Shown: one piece after another, positions 21,203-31,698 of the stretch
How the letters are laid out: every line of letters begins with the position of its first letter
How positions within the stretch are numbered: position 1 is the first letter of the stretch
Assembly: GCA_965215125.1 (NCBI GenBank)
Contig: OZ244052.1
Span: forward strand, 928,001-992,000
Source of the DNA: an uncultured candidatus Porisulfidus sp.
GTDB lineage: Bacteria > Pseudomonadota > Gammaproteobacteria > Poriferisulfidales > Oxydemutatoraceae
Reading direction: 5' to 3'
Length of the DNA stretch: 64,000 bases
Notes under the pieces: generated by a model
The model's database searches: none
Told to the model about the DNA's origin: nothing
Seen by the model: only the letters and a program-made list of their open reading frames with translations
Made by a program: the position numbers and the translations under genes

Positions 21203-23269
21203 ATGACGGCACTTACCGCATTGCGTGGCATTGGGTCTGTAGCCGAAGCATCGTTGAATAAGCTGGGTATCGGTTGCGTCGAGGATTTGCTGTTTCATTT
21301 TCCGCTGCGGTATAAAGATAAAACCCGCGTCAGGCGGATCGACGAACTGCGCATAGGCGACGAGGCTTTGATAGAGGGTGTGCTGGAGTCGGCTCGCGTC
21401 GCTTACGAAGGGCGTAGGGTTTTGATCGCTGTAGTCAGAGATGCAAGCGGTGCGACCCTGCAATTTCGTTTTTTTCATTTTTCCGAACGGCAAAGGTTTT
21501 TTTTTAAGCCCGGCGCGCGTCTATACGCCTACGGAGAAGTCAGGCTTGCGCGCAAAGTAAGGTATGAAATGATCCATCCGGAATATCGCTTTATCAAGGA
21601 TCATGAGCCGGTGCCGGTGCAGTCTTTCTACACCCCGATTTATCCCACAACCGCCGACTTAAAGCAAGCGAGTTTGTATCGTTATATCGATAAATCGTTG
21701 CAGTGGCTATCCGATTCGCCCGATTTTTTAGAAGAGTTGCTGCCTGCGGAATGGGCTTACGATATTAGTTTGGCGGATGCGATAGGCTTGATACATCGTC
21801 CACCTCCGGACACCGATTTGGATGCTTTGCTGGAAGGCGAGCATGTTGCTCGGCGGCGTCTGGCGTTTGAGGAACTGCTGGCTAATGTCGCTAGCTTAAA
21901 GAAACTGCGCTTGCAGAACCGTGTGGAAAGAGCCGTAAACCTAAAAGGCGAAGACTTTTTGTTTAAGCGTTTGTTGTCGTCACTGCCGTTTGATTTGACT
22001 GCCGCACAACATCGGGTGGTTGCGGAAATAACCGACGATTTGTCTAAATCGGAAGCGATGATGCGTCTAGTGCAGGGCGATGTGGGTTCGGGCAAAACCA
22101 TAGTTGCCGTTGCTGCAATGCTAAAAGCGGTGTCGGCAGGTTATCAGGCGGCGATGATGGTGCCTACGGAAATTCTAGCCGAACAGCACTATACCAATCT
22201 ACGCACTATTTTAGAACCTTTAGAAGTGCGTATCAGTCTGTTATTGGGTAATCAAAAGGTGGTCGAGAAGCGCGCAATATTAAGGCATATCAGACACGGG
22301 GTTTCGCAAATCGTCATCGGCACGCACGCATTATTTCAAGAGACGGTCAGTTTTGATAAATTGGCGGTTGTCGTGGTTGACGAACAACATCGTTTCGGTG
22401 TGCACCAGCGATTGTTATTGAAGCAGAAAGGTGAGCAAAGAGACTATCAACCTCATCAATTGATTATGACCGCAACACCCATTCCGCGCAGTTTGGCAAT
22501 GACGATGTACGCCGACCTTGATTATTCGGTTATCGATACGCTACCGCCGGGGCGCCAAGAAATCAAAACCGTCGCGGTATCCGACGAGCGTAGAGACGAA
22601 GTTGTGGCGCGCGTGCATTCGGCATGTCGTCAAGGCAGTCAAGTATATTGGGTTTGCACCTTAATAGAAGAATCCAAGACTCTGGGTTATCAAGCTGCCG
22701 AAAACAGTTATGAATTTCTCAAAACGGCGATGCCGGACATAGCAATAGGATTGGTTCACGGTGGAATGAAGGCTCAGATGAAAGAACAAGCGATGCAGGC
22801 ATTTAGGAAACAGCGCACCCAATTACTTGTCGCTACCACCGTGATAGAAGTCGGTGTGGATGTTCCGAATGCAACGCTGATGGTCATAGAAAATGCCGAG
22901 CGTTTGGGTTTGGCGCAGCTACACCAGCTGCGCGGACGCGTCGGCAGAGGTGAAAAAAAAAGCACTTGTGTGTTGATATATCACCCGCCTTTATCGGAGA
23001 ATGCCGAGGCGCGCATCAAAGTAATGCGTAAGACCAACGACGGGTTTGAGATTGCCAAAGAAGATCTGCGGCAACGCGGTTCGGGTGAGATACTCGGCAC
23101 TCGACAAACCGGACAGACCTACTTTAGGGTTGCCGACCTCACGCGCGATAGAGAACTACTGAAAAAAACCTACACCGTTGCCGACCACCTCCTCAAACAA
23201 TCACCCGAAACCGTAGATAAATTAATTGATCGTTGGCTCGGTCAATCTATACACTATGCCGATGTATGA
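21203..23269 (+). CDS. recG: ATP-dependent DNA helicase RecG
   Basis: QGDVGSGKT, DEQHRFG, MTATPIPRSL, QLRGRVGRG. Confidence 0.97.
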   Translation: MTALTALRGIGSVAEASLNKLGIGCVEDLLFHFPLRYKDKTRVRRIDELRIGDEALIEGVLESARVAYEGRRVLIAVVRDASGATLQFRFFHFSERQRFFFKPGARLYAYGEVRLARKVRYEMIHPEYRFIKDHEPVPVQSFYTPIYPTTADLKQASLYRYIDKSLQWLSDSPDFLEELLPAEWAYDISLADAIGLIHRPPPDTDLDALLEGEHVARRRLAFEELLANVASLKKLRLQNRVERAVNLKGEDFLFKRLLSSLPFDLTAAQHRVVAEITDDLSKSEAMMRLVQGDVGSGKTIVAVAAMLKAVSAGYQAAMMVPTEILAEQHYTNLRTILEPLEVRISLLLGNQKVVEKRAILRHIRHGVSQIVIGTHALFQETVSFDKLAVVVVDEQHRFGVHQRLLLKQKGEQRDYQPHQLIMTATPIPRSLAMTMYADLDYSVIDTLPPGRQEIKTVAVSDERRDEVVARVHSACRQGSQVYWVCTLIEESKTLGYQAAENSYEFLKTAMPDIAIGLVHGGMKAQMKEQAMQAFRKQRTQLLVATTVIEVGVDVPNATLMVIENAERLGLAQLHQLRGRVGRGEKKSTCVLIYHPPLSENAEARIKVMRKTNDGFEIAKEDLRQRGSGEILGTRQTGQTYFRVADLTRDRELLKKTYTVADHLLKQSPETVDKLIDRWLGQSIHYADV

Positions 23270-23310
23270 ACACAATATTCATAGCAACCGTAGATAAATG
23301 AATAGATGCT

Positions 23311-24672
23311 TTAACTACGCAGATTGTCGCTTAATCTAGCTAGCTTACGCAAATTATTCAATGAACCGATATCCCGGCGATACTCCAGATTGCCCTTCAT
23401 ATAGTTATCAATCGCGTGATTGATTGAGTCGGAAGCCTCTGCAATGCTTTTTGCTACTTTACCGAGAGCAAAAACACGCGATTTTTTAAGCGTCGCATAA
23501 GCATTTCCTTTTCGGACACACGATGCATAGTAAATTTTTATTCCCGTATCTCTAAGAGCTTGTTCGTCTATTTGAAATCGCGTGATACGGCGACTTTTAT
23601 CGGGATATTCTTTGGCAACTAGATACTTTATGACACTCGCTTTGTTGGTGAATTTTATTCGGTCGCCACCAAGTCGTCGATGCCAAAGGTCTTTTATGAC
23701 TTGAGAAAACGGCGTTTTTAAGATCGTCAATATGTTAAGTGCTTCGGGATCTCCGAACCGCCCGTTGAATTCCATAAATTGTATGCCTTTTTTGGTCTTA
23801 AAGAATCCTCCGTTGAGAATGCCTCTAAAATCCAAGCCATCCTGCCGCATCGCATCGATTATCTTTTGCATAATTTTTCGACAACCTCTAAAATCTTTAT
23901 CGTCCATAAAAGGTAATAACTTTTTAGAGTGGGTAAAACATCCCATGCCGCCGGTGCCCGCACCCTTATCATTTTCAAATCTATACGGATAGTCATAACT
24001 CGCCGGCGACATGACTAAATTATTTCCGTCGGTAAAACCCATAATGGTAAACTCTATTCCGTCGAGTTTCTCTACCAAAAGGACTTTTTCTCCTTTGTTT
24101 CGCTTTAGTAGCAAAGAAGCATAATCGGCACTATCCCGATAAGTTCTCAAATGTTCGCGCATGACCTTAACACCCTTCCCTCCGGTTAATCCTTGAGGCT
24201 TGACAACAACCAAAAGCTTTTTGTTCTTAAATTCTTTAATTGCACTTTCAAGTTCCCCTTCGGAAGAAATAGTTCTATGAAATGGTGTGAATTCGGGGCA
24301 ATTCTGCTCCATTAATTGCATTGCATAAACCTTATCCCACTCGATTCGAGTCGCTGCTTTGGTTCCGCCTACCGCCTTAATTTTATGCCTTAACAACTCG
24401 TCAACCACACCACTCGCCAAGGGTGCATCGGCATTGACAAAGGCATAATCTATTTTGTGTTTGCCGGCAAATTTTGCAATGGCGTGCGCGTTGGTCGTGT
24501 TTTCAACTAGATATTCTCCTCCCGATTCTTCGATACAATCAATCATTGTCGGGTTCTCATGGTCCATAACGGCATACAGACAGATATTGCCTTCTTCGTT
24601 GAGTTTTGATGCAAAGGCACTTTCGCGCCCTCCTGCTCCGACAACTAAAAACTTTTCTTTTTTTCTGCTCAT
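23311..24672 (-). CDS. purD: Phosphoribosylamine--glycine ligase (archaeal-looking)
   Basis: VVGAGGRE, KPQGLTGGKGVKV, TGGMGC, EFNGRFGDPE, YRRDIG. Confidence 0.9.
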   Translation of the reverse strand: MSRKKEKFLVVGAGGRESAFASKLNEEGNICLYAVMDHENPTMIDCIEESGGEYLVENTTNAHAIAKFAGKHKIDYAFVNADAPLASGVVDELLRHKIKAVGGTKAATRIEWDKVYAMQLMEQNCPEFTPFHRTISSEGELESAIKEFKNKKLLVVVKPQGLTGGKGVKVMREHLRTYRDSADYASLLLKRNKGEKVLLVEKLDGIEFTIMGFTDGNNLVMSPASYDYPYRFENDKGAGTGGMGCFTHSKKLLPFMDDKDFRGCRKIMQKIIDAMRQDGLDFRGILNGGFFKTKKGIQFMEFNGRFGDPEALNILTILKTPFSQVIKDLWHRRLGGDRIKFTNKASVIKYLVAKEYPDKSRRITRFQIDEQALRDTGIKIYYASCVRKGNAYATLKKSRVFALGKVAKSIAEASDSINHAIDNYMKGNLEYRRDIGSLNNLRKLARLSDNLRS

Positions 24673-24877
24673 AGGAAATCCTTGTGGCTAATTATATGAC
24701 ATAAAGGTTGTATGTTTGATTTATCCCGCAACCGAAGTTTCCCTCATAGCCGGAATAATTGACCGACATCAAAATGTGATCTTGGAAATCTAGCCATTTA
24801 GGATTTTCAGTATTGGGTATGGAAGTGACTTATAATAAAGACCCCATTTAAGTTTTATCCTTAAAAATAAAGAAAAA

Positions 24878-25933
24878 TTGAACATAATGATTAGAACGGT
24901 CGGACGTAATCTTTGGTATCGCTCAAAGGCTTTGATAGTGGTTGTTGGCGCGCTTCATGTTGTACTTGCCGGGTATTACAAGAACAGGACACCTTATAAA
25001 GAAGTCCTGTTGTTCCCGCTATACTGGGAAAAATTAAAAAGAGGCCGATGTTTTACCGCGTATAACTTAAAGTCTGCTATAGATTCTGTTAAAGTTGCTC
25101 ATTCCAGGAATATTAAATTCGATAGCAAAAAACGTACAGGCAGTTCTATATCAACCCATATTTTTGCAATAATCGGAATGGCGTGGTTTGGTGAAAAAAT
25201 GAATATGAATATCAAGGTTGGTTGTCCTGACTTAGAAAGTATTTTTGACAATTTTGATCTAATGAATTCACAAAAAGACTTGCGCAAAGATCACGCGCTG
25301 CATATTAAAGAGTTTAGGTTGTGGGAGAATTATGCAAAGTTTGCAGTTCCAGCCGAGTTCGGCTACAAAATAATTTCCAAGCTGGCAATCAAAGCAGATT
25401 TTAAAGCGCAAGCCGACGAGTGGTTTAATAGCAAGCCACAAGGCGATTGGGTAGGTATTCACTATAGAGGTACCGATATTGACAAAGCGAAATTCAGATT
25501 AATAAGTGTAGAGTCCTATATTGCTTATCTAAAAGAGGTTTTGGATGATCGTTGTAATATCTTTGCTTGTTCCGATCAGGCGCAATTCATTGAGCAAATC
25601 AAGGAGGCATTTCCCGGTAGAGTTTTTTTTAGAGAAATTAAGCGGTCTTACGACAGTAGGCCCTTACACAGACGAGAATTCTATGATAAACAACGAATAG
25701 AGGACGCACTAATGGATCTCTTGCTTCTATCGAGAACTCAGTTAATCTATACCACAGGGTCGTGGTTTTCAGAAATAGTTAGATTTTTTAATCCCTCAAT
25801 CAAAATTATTTCTTTTCACTTATTATGGGTGAGATTTAAGTATCATCGGAAAGTCGATAACTTTATTCCGGTTCCTAAAGCTTCGATGTTACTTAAAAAT
25901 AGGAGCCGTGGTAAAAATCAAGTTCCCGGTTAA
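24878..25933 (+). CDS. NodZ/fucosyltransferase-like glycosyltransferase
   Basis: GIHYRGTD, IFACSD, DALMDLLLLSR...SWFS GDP-fucose-binding motifs; start codon uncertain. Confidence 0.65.
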   Translation: MNIMIRTVGRNLWYRSKALIVVVGALHVVLAGYYKNRTPYKEVLLFPLYWEKLKRGRCFTAYNLKSAIDSVKVAHSRNIKFDSKKRTGSSISTHIFAIIGMAWFGEKMNMNIKVGCPDLESIFDNFDLMNSQKDLRKDHALHIKEFRLWENYAKFAVPAEFGYKIISKLAIKADFKAQADEWFNSKPQGDWVGIHYRGTDIDKAKFRLISVESYIAYLKEVLDDRCNIFACSDQAQFIEQIKEAFPGRVFFREIKRSYDSRPLHRREFYDKQRIEDALMDLLLLSRTQLIYTTGSWFSEIVRFFNPSIKIISFHLLWVRFKYHRKVDNFIPVPKASMLLKNRSRGKNQVPG

Positions 25934-25997
25934 ATTAGTGAACAGCAGGTGGTAGCAAAATAGTTTTCGAAATATTGCGGTTACGTTTGTGCTAGTA

Positions 25998-26666
25998 CTA
26001 AACTTTATGTGAGGAATATGCACTTTTGGATGTGGCTAAAGTCGTCATGCGTCTTAATGTTTGGTCTTTTTTTATGAAGTGATGATAAAGTGCGGCACCG
26101 GCGTGCAATGCAATTAAAACCCAAACTATGTAAGCCCCGCTTTCTTTATGAACGAAATCCATGATGGGCTCAAAACTTTCCCAGTCCATGCCCAGCCATT
26201 GTTCCACCAACAACGAATAGAGCGCGGTGTCGGAAAATTTCGGAATATCCACCAACAGGAAATAGTTTGCGTCTAGTTTTGTTCCCATATAACCGGTTAT
26301 CGGCATGATGATCATTACTGCGTAGAGTAGCCGGTGTACGGTACGGGCTGCAGAATGTTCAAACTGGGTTCCCGGAACCTCGTCGGGTGTTTGGTTAATC
26401 AATTTCCATGCAACGCGTAAAGCAACAAAAACACCGATCGTTATCCCGAATGACAGGTGCATATGCAAGGCAATCATACTGGGTGTCAACTCTCCGGTTT
26501 CACTGAATGAATTGTCGGTAAACCAATGGCGATAATATACTGCGACATAAGAACCGAGAAAACCCAGTGCGACAATCCAGTGCAGAGCAATAGCCCCTAG
26601 CCCGTAATATTCTTTTGTATTCTTAATATCCAATTGTGTCGTCCTTGTAGGTAGAAAAAAGTTCAT
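25998..26666 (-). CDS. Cytochrome b561
   Basis: LHW, H.SFG, HRLLY, H.GAALYHH...D.TLRRM heme-ligand pattern; start uncertain. Confidence 0.88.
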   Translation of the reverse strand: MNFFLPTRTTQLDIKNTKEYYGLGAIALHWIVALGFLGSYVAVYYRHWFTDNSFSETGELTPSMIALHMHLSFGITIGVFVALRVAWKLINQTPDEVPGTQFEHSAARTVHRLLYAVMIIMPITGYMGTKLDANYFLLVDIPKFSDTALYSLLVEQWLGMDWESFEPIMDFVHKESGAYIVWVLIALHAGAALYHHFIKKDQTLRRMTTLATSKSAYSSHKV

Positions 26667-26686
26667 TATACAATAACTCAAAAGTG

Positions 26687-26718
26687 GTGAATATACCCAG
26701 TTTTTAGGGTATATTCAC
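26687..26718. promoter_or_regulatory. 12-bp inverted repeat between the divergent cytochrome b561 and fic genes
   Basis: GTGAATATACCC-N8-GGGTATATTCAC followed by a T run. Confidence 0.45.
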
Positions 26719-26758
26719 TTTTTTATTACACATACCAGTGAATTGATATAATAAGAGA

Positions 26759-27640
26759 ATGGCTATTACTCAATCATATAGAAAAAAAATTCAGGCATTG
26801 CGGGAAGAGTATGCTTCTTTGAAAGGGGGTAAGGAGTCTCTTTTGGCTTTAATTGACGAGGCAGAGGTGCCCGAGAACGTCTATAACTCCAATGCTATCG
26901 AAAATTCTACGCTGACCTTAAAAGAAACCGAGAAGATTTTATTAGAGATGGAATTATCCCGTCGTGTATCGGTGCGCGAGTTGTTTGAAGCAAAGAATTT
27001 GAATCGGGTTATTGCATATAAGCGAGACAAAGCAGGCAAAGTACCTTTGACAAAGGATCTAATCTTGCTTTTTCATCGCATGCTTATGGGTGGTATTAAC
27101 GATGCCATTGCCGGACGTTTCCGGCGGCAAGGTGAGTATGTTCGGGTTGGTACGCATATAGCACCTCCACCCGAGCATGTGGAAAGGATGATTGAACAGA
27201 CCCTGTTTATTTATGAAAATGACATAGACAGTTATTTTCTGGATAAAATTGCCCGATTTCATTTAGAGTTTGAGACTATACACCCGTTTTGTGACGGCAA
27301 CGGCCGCATAGGACGAGTAATCATTAACTTCCATTTATTGGAATTGGGGTTTCCTAAAATTATTATTCGCAACAGAACGAAGCGCATATACTATCAGGCG
27401 TTCAATGAATATCGCCCTCGGAAGCGAACCAGAACAATGGAGAATATTGTAGCTTTGGGCATCATGGAAGCATTGCATAAGCGCATCGCTTATTTACGAG
27501 GAGAAAATATTATCCGCTTGTCCGAGTACATTGCGCAAAACAACCTTTCTCCATCGGCGGTAACCAACGCTGCCCGGCGCCAGACTATCGCGGCGTTTCG
27601 GGAAAAAGAAGTTTGGAAGATCGGAGAGAAATATCGGTAG
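26759..27640 (+). CDS. Fic-domain protein
   Basis: HPFCDGNGRIGR active site, N-terminal inhibitory SNAIEN motif. Confidence 0.92.
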   Translation: MAITQSYRKKIQALREEYASLKGGKESLLALIDEAEVPENVYNSNAIENSTLTLKETEKILLEMELSRRVSVRELFEAKNLNRVIAYKRDKAGKVPLTKDLILLFHRMLMGGINDAIAGRFRRQGEYVRVGTHIAPPPEHVERMIEQTLFIYENDIDSYFLDKIARFHLEFETIHPFCDGNGRIGRVIINFHLLELGFPKIIIRNRTKRIYYQAFNEYRPRKRTRTMENIVALGIMEALHKRIAYLRGENIIRLSEYIAQNNLSPSAVTNAARRQTIAAFREKEVWKIGEKYR

Positions 27641-27699
27641 CGTTGATGCGAGGTTATACTAAAATTTTCGGTTTCAGGTTTTAGTAGAATATCCCCACT

Positions 27700-28626
27700 A
27701 TGGCAGTTTCATCTAAAAAACAAAGTGTTCGTTATATCAAAGTGTCGGAGGCATACAACGGACAGCGGATTGATAATTTCTTATTTAGAGAATATAAGAA
27801 TGTACCCAAGAGTTATATTTACAGGGTCATTCGTTCGGGTGAATTACGCGTCAATAGTGGGCGCGTGCCACCCTCTTACAAGCTATCCGCCGGCGATAAA
27901 ATACGAATACCGCCGGTTGCGCACACATCTCCCGCATCCCCTCGTTTGTCGGATGCCGATGCCGATGTGCTATTGAGGTGTATTATTTACGAAGATGACG
28001 AAGTTTTGGTTATCGATAAGCCTGCGCACCTTGCGGTTCACACCGGAACCGCGCACAGCTTTGGTTTGATAGACTTGCTCAAATATAAATACTCCGATGA
28101 TGTAGGTCTTGTCCATCGTCTTGATAAAGATACCAGCGGCTGCCTTATCGTTGCGAAGTCTCGCGATGCCCTGCTTCGTTTGCAAAAGTTGTTTCGCGAA
28201 TCACAGGTTGAGAAAATCTATCAGGTTTTAGTGGTCGGGCGATGGCAACAATCGCGCCGCGTTTCCATGCCTTTGCATCGTGCGATGCAGAAGCAAACGG
28301 TAGCCGACAACGGCAAGCATGCCGTCACCGATTTCACCGTCATCCGTTCGTTCGAAGACTATAGCCTGATGTCCGTATCGCTGATTACCGGCCGCACCCA
28401 TCAGATTCGTGTGCATGCGGCACATTGCCGGCACCCCGTTGCCGGCGATAACAAATACGGAGACTTTTCAAGCAACCGTAAGCTCGCTCGGTTGGGACTC
28501 AAGCGTATTTTTTTACACGCCCACAAGGTATCGTTTAAGTGGTGTGAGAAGGTGTTATCGTTTGAAGCCCCGCTACCCGAGCCTCTGCAAAAACTCATAG
28601 CGCGGTTAGATAGAACCTCGTTTTAA
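27700..28626 (+). CDS. rluC: 23S rRNA pseudouridine synthase RluC
   Basis: GQRIDNFL S4 domain, HRLDKDTSG, TGRTHQIRVH. Confidence 0.9.
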   Translation: MAVSSKKQSVRYIKVSEAYNGQRIDNFLFREYKNVPKSYIYRVIRSGELRVNSGRVPPSYKLSAGDKIRIPPVAHTSPASPRLSDADADVLLRCIIYEDDEVLVIDKPAHLAVHTGTAHSFGLIDLLKYKYSDDVGLVHRLDKDTSGCLIVAKSRDALLRLQKLFRESQVEKIYQVLVVGRWQQSRRVSMPLHRAMQKQTVADNGKHAVTDFTVIRSFEDYSLMSVSLITGRTHQIRVHAAHCRHPVAGDNKYGDFSSNRKLARLGLKRIFLHAHKVSFKWCEKVLSFEAPLPEPLQKLIARLDRTSF

Positions 28627-28698
28627 TATAAAATGATAGAACCGGTTGATGCGAGACATGTCGTAGCAGTAGATCAATAAACATCATAGAGGTTCAAA

Positions 28699-29682
28699 AT
28701 GGATATCAAAGACCAATCAAACACTTCCTCGGAAGGCTCCAATCCGTCTTCCGATAACGAGCGGTGGGCGCAAAACACATTGCGTTCGCTGCTAGACGAT
28801 CATTTACAAGAGCAACGGCGGGCGAGGCGGTGGCGTATTTTTTACCGGCTACTAATCGTCGGTATCATTGTTGCATTGATCGTGTCGGTAGAGCCGCCTA
28901 GGGGTATGCAACCGACGATACTGGAGGAGCATACTGCGCTCGTCAAATTGGAAGGACCGATTATTGAAGGGACACCGGCTGCGGCGAAAGATATCATAGA
29001 GACTTTGCAGGAGGCGTACGAAACCGAAAATGCCAAAGCCGTTATCTTGCAGATTAATAGTCCGGGCGGTAGCCCCGTTCAGAGTGCTCAAATCAGCGAT
29101 GAGATTCTACGCTTGCGTTCCGAGTACACCGACAAGCCGTGCTATGTTGTCATTACCGATATCGGAGCATCGGGTGCTTATTATGTCGCTGCGGTTGCCG
29201 ACGGGATTTATGCCGACAAAGCGAGTTTGGTCGGTTCTATCGGTGTTATTTTTAACGGCTTCGGTTTGGTCGACGCAATCCATAAGTTGGGCATAGAACG
29301 GCGCGTGCAGAAGGCGGGAGAATATAAAGATATGCTCGATCCTTTTGCAGCGACCGATCCGATCGTGAAAGCGCATATGCAGAAGTTATTGGATCAAGTG
29401 CATCAACAATTTATCAGCCGTGTCAAGCAAGGCCGAGGCGACAAGCTCGCAACCGACAGTCGGTTATTTTCCGGTTTGATATGGACGGGCGAGGAAGCCA
29501 AGGAATTGGGTTTGATAGATAATTTTGCATCTGCCCAACAAGTTGCCAGAGAAGTCGTCGGAGTTGAAAAAATCGTGGTCTATCAGCCGCAGCAGAATCT
29601 CCTGGATAGGGTTGTCAACAGACTCGGTACCCGTATCGGCAACATGCTGTTATGGCGATTTCAAACGCCGTCTCTATATTAG
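28699..29682 (+). CDS. sppA: S49 signal peptide peptidase
   Basis: INSPGGSPVQS, GASGAYY, GSIGV, FSGLIWTG. Confidence 0.9.
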   Translation: MDIKDQSNTSSEGSNPSSDNERWAQNTLRSLLDDHLQEQRRARRWRIFYRLLIVGIIVALIVSVEPPRGMQPTILEEHTALVKLEGPIIEGTPAAAKDIIETLQEAYETENAKAVILQINSPGGSPVQSAQISDEILRLRSEYTDKPCYVVITDIGASGAYYVAAVADGIYADKASLVGSIGVIFNGFGLVDAIHKLGIERRVQKAGEYKDMLDPFAATDPIVKAHMQKLLDQVHQQFISRVKQGRGDKLATDSRLFSGLIWTGEEAKELGLIDNFASAQQVAREVVGVEKIVVYQPQQNLLDRVVNRLGTRIGNMLLWRFQTPSLY

Positions 29683-30278
29683 GATGCGACTAATAACGGC
29701 ACGCCGCTCTGCTCTAACATTCGCGAAAGCGTAATCAAGGGTAGCCCCAACATCGCACTCGGGTCGGTGCTTTCCATTCGCTCGCATAGCGCAATTCCCA
29801 AACCTTCGGAGCGATGGCTACCGCAACAATCAAAGGGTTGTTCTATACGCACATAAGCCTCCGCTTGGTCAGTGTTAAAAGCGCGGTAGTGTATGTGGGT
29901 CAGCACGCGCTCGTATTGGCAGTCTTGGTTTTCGGTATTGAGCAAGCACAAGCCGGTATGAAATATGACCTCTTTATCGGAACACATCGCAAGTTGCTTA
30001 CACGCTTGTTCGGCGTTGTCGGGTTTGCCGATGATATGACCGTCGACTTCGCCGCATTGATCGGAACCTATGATTAAAGCGTTTGGATAACCATTTGCTA
30101 CGGCGCGCGCTTTGGCACACGAAAGACGCTTTACTAGTTCCGCAGGCTGTTCGCCGTGATACGCCGTCTCGTCAACATCCGCCGCATGGGTTATAAAGTC
30201 AAGTTTCAGACGTTTCAACAGCTGATAGCGGGATTTAGAACCGGAAGCCAGTACGATAACAGGTTTTTGATCAGCCAT
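29679..30278 (-). CDS. maf: Maf-family nucleotide pyrophosphatase (YceF-like)
   Basis: LASGS..R, IIGSDQ, GKP, EGLGIAL, GLPLI. Confidence 0.9.
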   Translation of the reverse strand: MADQKPVIVLASGSKSRYQLLKRLKLDFITHAADVDETAYHGEQPAELVKRLSCAKARAVANGYPNALIIGSDQCGEVDGHIIGKPDNAEQACKQLAMCSDKEVIFHTGLCLLNTENQDCQYERVLTHIHYRAFNTDQAEAYVRIEQPFDCCGSHRSEGLGIALCERMESTDPSAMLGLPLITLSRMLEQSGVPLLVAS

Positions 30279-30416
30279 AATGAAGTTTACTAATTGAAAA
30301 GAGTGACATTGTACCTTACAAGCGCATTACATCAGCATAATGTTAAGGGTCTTAAATTGTTTTATACCAATTAGGGTTTTTATGAGATAATGAAATTTTA
30401 ATTTTGAGGAGTACCA

Positions 30417-30671
30417 ATGTCAGACATAGCTTTATACAATGTACTAACAAAGTTAGGTGTCAAGCGCGAGGGAGCGGAAAAAGCTGTGGCCGATGTTGTC
30501 GGTTCCAAAGAAGTAGCAACTAAGTCGGACTTGGCAAAACAGGAGGCGCGATTAATAGAAAAAATAGCGGATGCAAAAAACACAATGATTGTATGGGTTG
30601 TAGGCGTGAATGTCGCCATATTTTTAGGACTATCTGCGGTAATTTTCTCCGTTGTTGGTTTGTTAAAGTAA
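30417..30671 (+). CDS. Small DUF1640/CCDC90-like coiled-coil protein with C-terminal TM helix
   Basis: L..LG...E.AE.AV...VATKSDL...IVWVVG pattern; GAGGAG RBS. Confidence 0.6.
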   Translation: MSDIALYNVLTKLGVKREGAEKAVADVVGSKEVATKSDLAKQEARLIEKIADAKNTMIVWVVGVNVAIFLGLSAVIFSVVGLLK

Positions 30672-30799
30672 TCCTGGTTGTGGTTTTCATGAATAATGCC
30701 TTCGCAGAATTGCAGAGGAGAGGCTATTGAGTAGCCGACTATTGCCGAGTAACCCTGCTACTTGTTCCGAATAATCGTTCCTTGTTGCAGTAGCACAAG

Positions 30800-30843
30800 T
30801 GTCGGTTCTATTGTGCGATACCAATACTTTTTCAACAGCCCCC
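30800..30843. repeat. Solo MITE terminus / repeat remnant
   Basis: TACTTTTTCAACAGCCCC preceded by a CGGTTCTATTG module tail. Confidence 0.6.
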
Positions 30844-30874
30844 CATAATCTAATTGGATCCTTACGCTAAATAA

Positions 30875-31663
30875 ATGTCTTCACAACTTCATATTGCCGA
30901 GAAAGCGGCACTTGCCGCCGGTGGCATTATTGCTCGCAATGCTAATTTCATAAACAAAATTGATATCAAACATAAATCGGTCAACAATCCGGTCAGTAGC
31001 GTAGACCTTGCTTGCGAGCAGGAAATCATAAAGATCATCCAAAAAGCATATCCGCAACATTCAATCATGACCGAGGAAAGCGGTTTATTGGATAACGATC
31101 CGGAATGGCAGTGGGTGGTAGATCCTTTAGACGGCACGACCAACTTTATCAGAGGATTCCCGCATTGTGCGGTGTCTATCGCCTTAAAACATAAGGGCTT
31201 GGTAATTCTGGGTGTAATATACGATCCTTTTAAGAATGAATTATTTGCAGCGGCAAAGGGTGAAGGGGCGACCTTAAATAGGCGGCGGATACGTGTTTCC
31301 GACCATGCACGGTTGGCAGGGGCAATGTTGGGAACCGGCCTTCCTTTTAGGTTGGATCAAAATGTAGAACACGATATAGAAGTGCTGAACACGCTACTAA
31401 AGGAAAATGTGCATGTGCGTCGCGCAGGAGCTGCTGCTTTGGATATGGCTTATGTCGCTTGCGGACGTTTTGACGGATTTTGGGAGTTTGGTTTATCGCC
31501 GTGGGATATCGCCGCCGGAGAAATTATTGTCAAAGAGGCGGGTGGCTTGGTGGGGAAAACCAGCGGTGGTGTAAAACATTTAAGCTCTGGTAACATATTA
31601 GCTGCTAACGCAAAGCTGTTTAAGACCATTTTGGCAAAAATAAGCATGCTCAAAAGTGTTTAG
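30875..31663 (+). CDS. suhB: Inositol monophosphatase / Nus factor SuhB
   Basis: WVVDPLDGTTNF, RRAGAAALD, PWDIAAG. Confidence 0.93.
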   Translation: MSSQLHIAEKAALAAGGIIARNANFINKIDIKHKSVNNPVSSVDLACEQEIIKIIQKAYPQHSIMTEESGLLDNDPEWQWVVDPLDGTTNFIRGFPHCAVSIALKHKGLVILGVIYDPFKNELFAAAKGEGATLNRRRIRVSDHARLAGAMLGTGLPFRLDQNVEHDIEVLNTLLKENVHVRRAGAAALDMAYVACGRFDGFWEFGLSPWDIAAGEIIVKEAGGLVGKTSGGVKHLSSGNILAANAKLFKTILAKISMLKSV

Positions 31664-31698
31664 TGCATAGAGAAAATTACAAGTTTTAGAGATTTTAG

